Assembly: GCA_050253415.1 (NCBI GenBank)
Contig: JBFWJC010000003.1
Span: 1-64,000, forward strand
Source of the DNA: Pedobacter sp.
Lineage (GTDB): Bacteria; Desulfobacterota; Desulfuromonadia; Desulfuromonadales; Syntrophotaleaceae
DNA: 64,000 nucleotides
Direction: 5' to 3'
The notes under the pieces are model-generated. The model did not search any database. It was not told the DNA's origin and saw nothing but the letters and a program-made list of their open reading frames with translations. Shown piece after piece: positions 60,851-64,000 of this stretch (position 1 is the stretch's first letter; each line of letters opens with the position of its first letter). The position numbers were made by a program, and so were the translations under genes.

Positions 60851-61201
60851 TTAAGCTGTTGCGGAAGCATCCTTGAGTTGCTTCACCGCCTCGGGCAAAG
60901 CGGTGGATACGGGGCCGCTGATATCGACGTGGGCAATGCCGGCATCGGCCAACGCCTGACGCGGCAGGTCCCCTATGCGTACACTGACTACAGCGGCGCA
61001 GCCGCGAAGGGCTTTGGCGATAGACTGAAAGCGCGTTTCGTGAAATTTGTGGGTAGGGTCCGCGTTGCAGTATTTTTCGACTTCGACAAAATCTTCCTGG
61101 CGGATGGCGTCGTCTCCGACCTCATAAATGTAAAAAGCGGTAGCCTGTCCGAAATGCAGGTCGACGGTGTATCCATCCATGGAGGCGACAGCGAGGCGCA
61201 T
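60851..61201 (-). CDS. NifB/NifX-family FeMo-cofactor-binding protein
   Basis: 'RLAVASMDGYTVDLHFGQA', 'EKYC', 'GCAAVVSVRIG'. Confidence 0.85.
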   Translation of the reverse strand: MRLAVASMDGYTVDLHFGQATAFYIYEVGDDAIRQEDFVEVEKYCNADPTHKFHETRFQSIAKALRGCAAVVSVRIGDLPRQALADAGIAHVDISGPVSTALPEAVKQLKDASATA

Positions 61202-61262
61202 GACTTGGTTCTCCTTCAAAAAGCTAAGGCCGCCGGAGCTTGGCACACCGGCGGCCTGCAGA

Positions 61263-61526
61263 TCAGATTTCCAGCGGTTTGAACGAAAAAGCTTTTTTGG
61301 GGCAGGTTACGCCGCAGGCAGCGCAACCGATACAAGCACCGGGATTGTCCACGAACATGAACATGCGGGCGGAATCTTCTTCATCAATTTCTTTGAAGCC
61401 CAAAACCTTGCGGGAGCAGGCTTTGTAACAGCGACCACAGCCAAGGCATTTTTCGTCATCGATGTTTTCAACGAAAGTAGGGGTCCAGGAACTTCCGTCT
61501 TTGGTTTTACCAGCGTAGTAAGCCAT
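61263..61526 (-). CDS. nif-associated 2[4Fe-4S] ferredoxin (ferredoxin III-like)
   Basis: 'WTP', CLGCGRCYKAC and CIGCAACGVTCP. Confidence 0.9.
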   Translation of the reverse strand: MAYYAGKTKDGSSWTPTFVENIDDEKCLGCGRCYKACSRKVLGFKEIDEEDSARMFMFVDNPGACIGCAACGVTCPKKAFSFKPLEI

Positions 61527-61613
61527 CGTTGAGTCTCCTTCTGGTACGTATCATTTGGTGAATAATGTTTCAAGCATTCAACTAAACACTGCGAGGGCGT
61601 AATAATCGATATC

Positions 61614-61973
61614 TTATTTGTTCATAGCCCGGCGTAGCCAGGGGGGAGGATTGCCCTGCAAAACTTGCTGGAGTTTGTTGACAACCTCCTCGATTTTTTC
61701 ATTGCCCTTGCTTTTAACCGGGTGAATTTTGTTCGCTACCAAACGGGCAGCTGCAGGTCCGCCGATCTGAGTTACATAAATGATCGTGCAGTGGTCAAGC
61801 ACTTTGAGCCGGGCGTCGATCTTGTCATCTTCATATTCTGTGGTAGCTTCGATCTCGGCCATGCCAGAAAAACTCGCCTTGTCGGTCGTGATTTCCCATA
61901 CGGCAAATTTGGTTGCCAGGCCGAAATGCTGGTCGATTGTTTCATTGTCCGAGGTGGCAAATGCGACTTTCAT
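61614..61973 (-). CDS. nifX: Nitrogenase FeMo-cofactor biosynthesis protein NifX
   Basis: 'MKVAFAT...IDQHFG', 'IGGPAAARLV', 'NPPPWLRRAM'. Confidence 0.92.
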   Translation of the reverse strand: MKVAFATSDNETIDQHFGLATKFAVWEITTDKASFSGMAEIEATTEYEDDKIDARLKVLDHCTIIYVTQIGGPAAARLVANKIHPVKSKGNEKIEEVVNKLQQVLQGNPPPWLRRAMNK

Positions 61974-62100
61974 GGCGATACCTTTCTAGCTTTGAGCGGC
62001 GATATGGCAAAATCTTGCAAAAAGGGAGACTCCAAGTGGCAGGCGTAAACATGACACCTGGAGCCGACTTCGTTTTTCCGGGATTTTTAGGGTGGTACCG

Positions 62101-62132
62101 GGCGGCCAGGGGGGAATAATCACCCCCGGCCG
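62101..62132 (-). terminator. Hairpin after nifK
   Basis: gcggccaggggg...cccccggccgc. Confidence 0.5.
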
Positions 62133-62141
62133 CATGGGGTA

Positions 62142-63605
62142 CTAACGCATCATTTCAAAATGCTTGTCATCGCAAGTACGATCCACAATGTCGAGGAAGG
62201 TGTTGGCGATGGAGGTCAACAGATTGATGGTCCCCTGGTAACCGATGTACGGGCTGCGATGCAGGTTGACCCGGTCGATAATGGGGAATCCAACGCGGAT
62301 CAAGGGGATGCCGGCGTCGCGCGCCACGAACTTGCCGTGGGTGTCGCCGATCATGGCATCGACAGGATCGGTTGCGACCAGGCTGTGCAGATGCCACAGG
62401 TCCTTGTTCACCCAGATCTGGCAACCTTCCCCGTAAGGGGATTTATCCAACAGAGCCTGCAGGTACTTGGCGACCTTCTTGTTGCCGCGGCTGCAGAGGA
62501 TATGGTAGGGCCGCGCGCCCATTTCGAGCAGGAAGGAGATCATGCCGGCCAAGAAGTCCGGGTCGCCGTAAATAGCGAATTTTTTGTTATGCAGATACTG
62601 GTGGGCGTCGGTCATGGCGTCCACGGCGCGGCCGCGTTCGTCCTTGAGGGAAGCCGGTACGTCCTTGCCGAACAATTCGCCGAGTTTCATCAGGAATGCG
62701 TCGGTATTGGCTACGCCGATAGGGGAAGGCATCACTTCCACCGGAGCTTCGGTTTCGCTGTTGAACCACTTGATGGTTTCCTTGGTAGCGTGTTCCTGCA
62801 GCGAAAGGGTTGCGTGGGCGTTCAGGGCGTCGGCCGCTTCCACCAGAGGCGTACCGCCGGGATAGGGGCGGTAGGTGCCGTCCAGAGGCGAGTCGAAAGA
62901 CTCGGAAATGTCAGCCAGTACGGTCACGGGGATACCGAACTCTTTGCAGATTCGCTTGTATTCGCGGTAGTTGCCGGTGTTGGCATCAAACCCGGGAATC
63001 AGGTTGAGCTTACCGTTATCTTTCCCTTCGACCTTTTTGTCGGTGGTCAAATCCGCCATAATGGCTTTGAGCATCGCGTCGTACCCATGGATATGGGTGC
63101 CGTTAAAGCTCGGGGTGTTGGCGTAAGGGACGGGGAAATCCTGGGGAATGAGCCCGGCGTTACGCGCATTGATGATAAAGGCGTTAAGGTCGTCGCCGAT
63201 AACTTCCGGCATGCACGAGGTGAAAACCGCCATCATTTTAGGCTTATACAGATTGTAGGCGTTTTCCAAGCCTTCGTGCAGGTTGTTCTGGCCGCCGAAT
63301 ACGGCGCCGTCTTCGGTCATGGCGTCGGAAACGGCCGGTGCCGGCTCACGGAAGTGTCGGTTAAGGGTACTGCGGTAATACGACGCGCAGCCTTGGGAGC
63401 CGTGCACGAAAGGCAGGGTGCCTTCAAAACCGTGCGCGACCAGTTGTGCCCCGAGGGGCTGACAAGCATGGGCCGGGTTGATGACGGTTGCGGTACGGGC
63501 GAGGTTTTTTTCGCGGTACTCCTCGCTATTGATCCATTCTTTAACCCGAGCCACCTCTTCGGGGGTGATTTCGGTAACTTTTTTAACTGCGCATGTTTCA
63601 CTCAT
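62142..63605 (-). CDS. nifK: Nitrogenase MoFe protein beta chain
   Basis: P-cluster cysteines 'NPAHACQPLG', 'HGSQGC', 'TSCMPEVIGDD'; 'GFPIIDR'. Confidence 0.97.
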   Translation of the reverse strand: MSETCAVKKVTEITPEEVARVKEWINSEEYREKNLARTATVINPAHACQPLGAQLVAHGFEGTLPFVHGSQGCASYYRSTLNRHFREPAPAVSDAMTEDGAVFGGQNNLHEGLENAYNLYKPKMMAVFTSCMPEVIGDDLNAFIINARNAGLIPQDFPVPYANTPSFNGTHIHGYDAMLKAIMADLTTDKKVEGKDNGKLNLIPGFDANTGNYREYKRICKEFGIPVTVLADISESFDSPLDGTYRPYPGGTPLVEAADALNAHATLSLQEHATKETIKWFNSETEAPVEVMPSPIGVANTDAFLMKLGELFGKDVPASLKDERGRAVDAMTDAHQYLHNKKFAIYGDPDFLAGMISFLLEMGARPYHILCSRGNKKVAKYLQALLDKSPYGEGCQIWVNKDLWHLHSLVATDPVDAMIGDTHGKFVARDAGIPLIRVGFPIIDRVNLHRSPYIGYQGTINLLTSIANTFLDIVDRTCDDKHFEMMR

Positions 63606-63623
63606 GGCGAATACTCCTGTGCA

Positions 63624-63792
63624 AAGTGAGGTAGTGAGTAGCTAGGTAGTGAGAAAGCGGTGTTCTTAAGACTATCTCCCTATCTCGCTTTTAAGTGAGG
63701 TAGGCAGCGGTCGGACTGTGGGTAACCAACATCGTGCTGGACCATGTTGTTTCCTCTGCAGTTCCCTGTCTTCCTATCTCCCTTTCTCGCTG
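63624..63792. repeat. Octamer-unit palindromic repeats in the nifD-nifK spacer
   Basis: gtgaggta-gtgagtag-ctaggta-gtgagaaa paired with ctatctccctatctcgct and cctatctccctttctcgct. Confidence 0.5.
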
Positions 63793-63796
63793 TTCC

Positions 63797-64000
63797 TTAA
63801 AATGGCGCCTTTACCAGGCCCCAGGTCGGGCTGTTAATGGCCATGTCCATGTCCCGGGCGAAAATCGGGAAACCGTCATAGGCATGGTAGGGTCCGGAAT
63901 AATCCCAGCTGTGCATCTGGCGGAAAGGAATACCGGCTTTCTGGAAGACGTATTTTTCCTTAACACCGCTGGCTACCAGGTCGGGGCGGTAGACTTCAGC
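63797..64000 (-). CDS. nifD: Nitrogenase MoFe protein alpha chain, 3' end (partial)
   Basis: Translates [54 protein letters not shown]...APF*, including the Mo-ligand His of QMHSWDY. Confidence 0.96.
   Translation of the reverse strand, partial: AEVYRPDLVASGVKEKYVFQKAGIPFRQMHSWDYSGPYHAYDGFPIFARDMDMAINSPTWGLVKAPF

Noticed and set aside
62160..63629. 489-aa plus-strand ORF
   Set aside because: Antisense shadow of nifK caused by codon bias; no motifs

Overview
Desulfuromonadales-like (Pelobacter/Geobacter/Desulfuromonas-type) chromosome segment; the assignment is inferred from gene content and protein style. It has two parts. (1) Bases 1-43156 look like the right part of a genomic island with AT-rich spacers. 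It ends in a 66-bp 3' fragment of tRNA-Leu(TAA), an att-like site. Mobile-element traces include an IS3-truncated tyrosine recombinase and several IS3 remnants. The cargo is a coherent anaerobic alcohol-to-acid module: two identical aryl-alcohol-type Zn dehydrogenases, two outer-membrane channels, an unknown polytopic membrane protein, aldehyde:ferredoxin oxidoreductase (AOR) with a Moco/Tuco RNA leader, a radical SAM/SPASM maturase, a CoA-acylating aldehyde dehydrogenase, butyrate kinase/phosphotransbutyrylase, a CoA-transferase and thioesterases. A PAS kinase/sigma54 activator pair is present, and three promoters share a visible tandem TGT-N11-ACA enhancer. The island also holds solitary copies of leuA (T-box leader), fabI, panB and trpD, and a degenerate tRNA(CAT). 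(2) Bases 43.2-64 kb are GC-richer core genome: DUF711/ACT, MFS, phospholipase D, GNAT, and a minus-strand nitrogen-fixation region. That region runs nifD 3' end, nifK, nifX, ferredoxin, NifX-like, a permease-less SBP/GTPase/ATPase trio, nifB, modABC, nifV. It has sigma54 promoters, ANTAR-type dual hairpins and REP-like palindromic repeats. All calls are from motif reading; no database searches were run.
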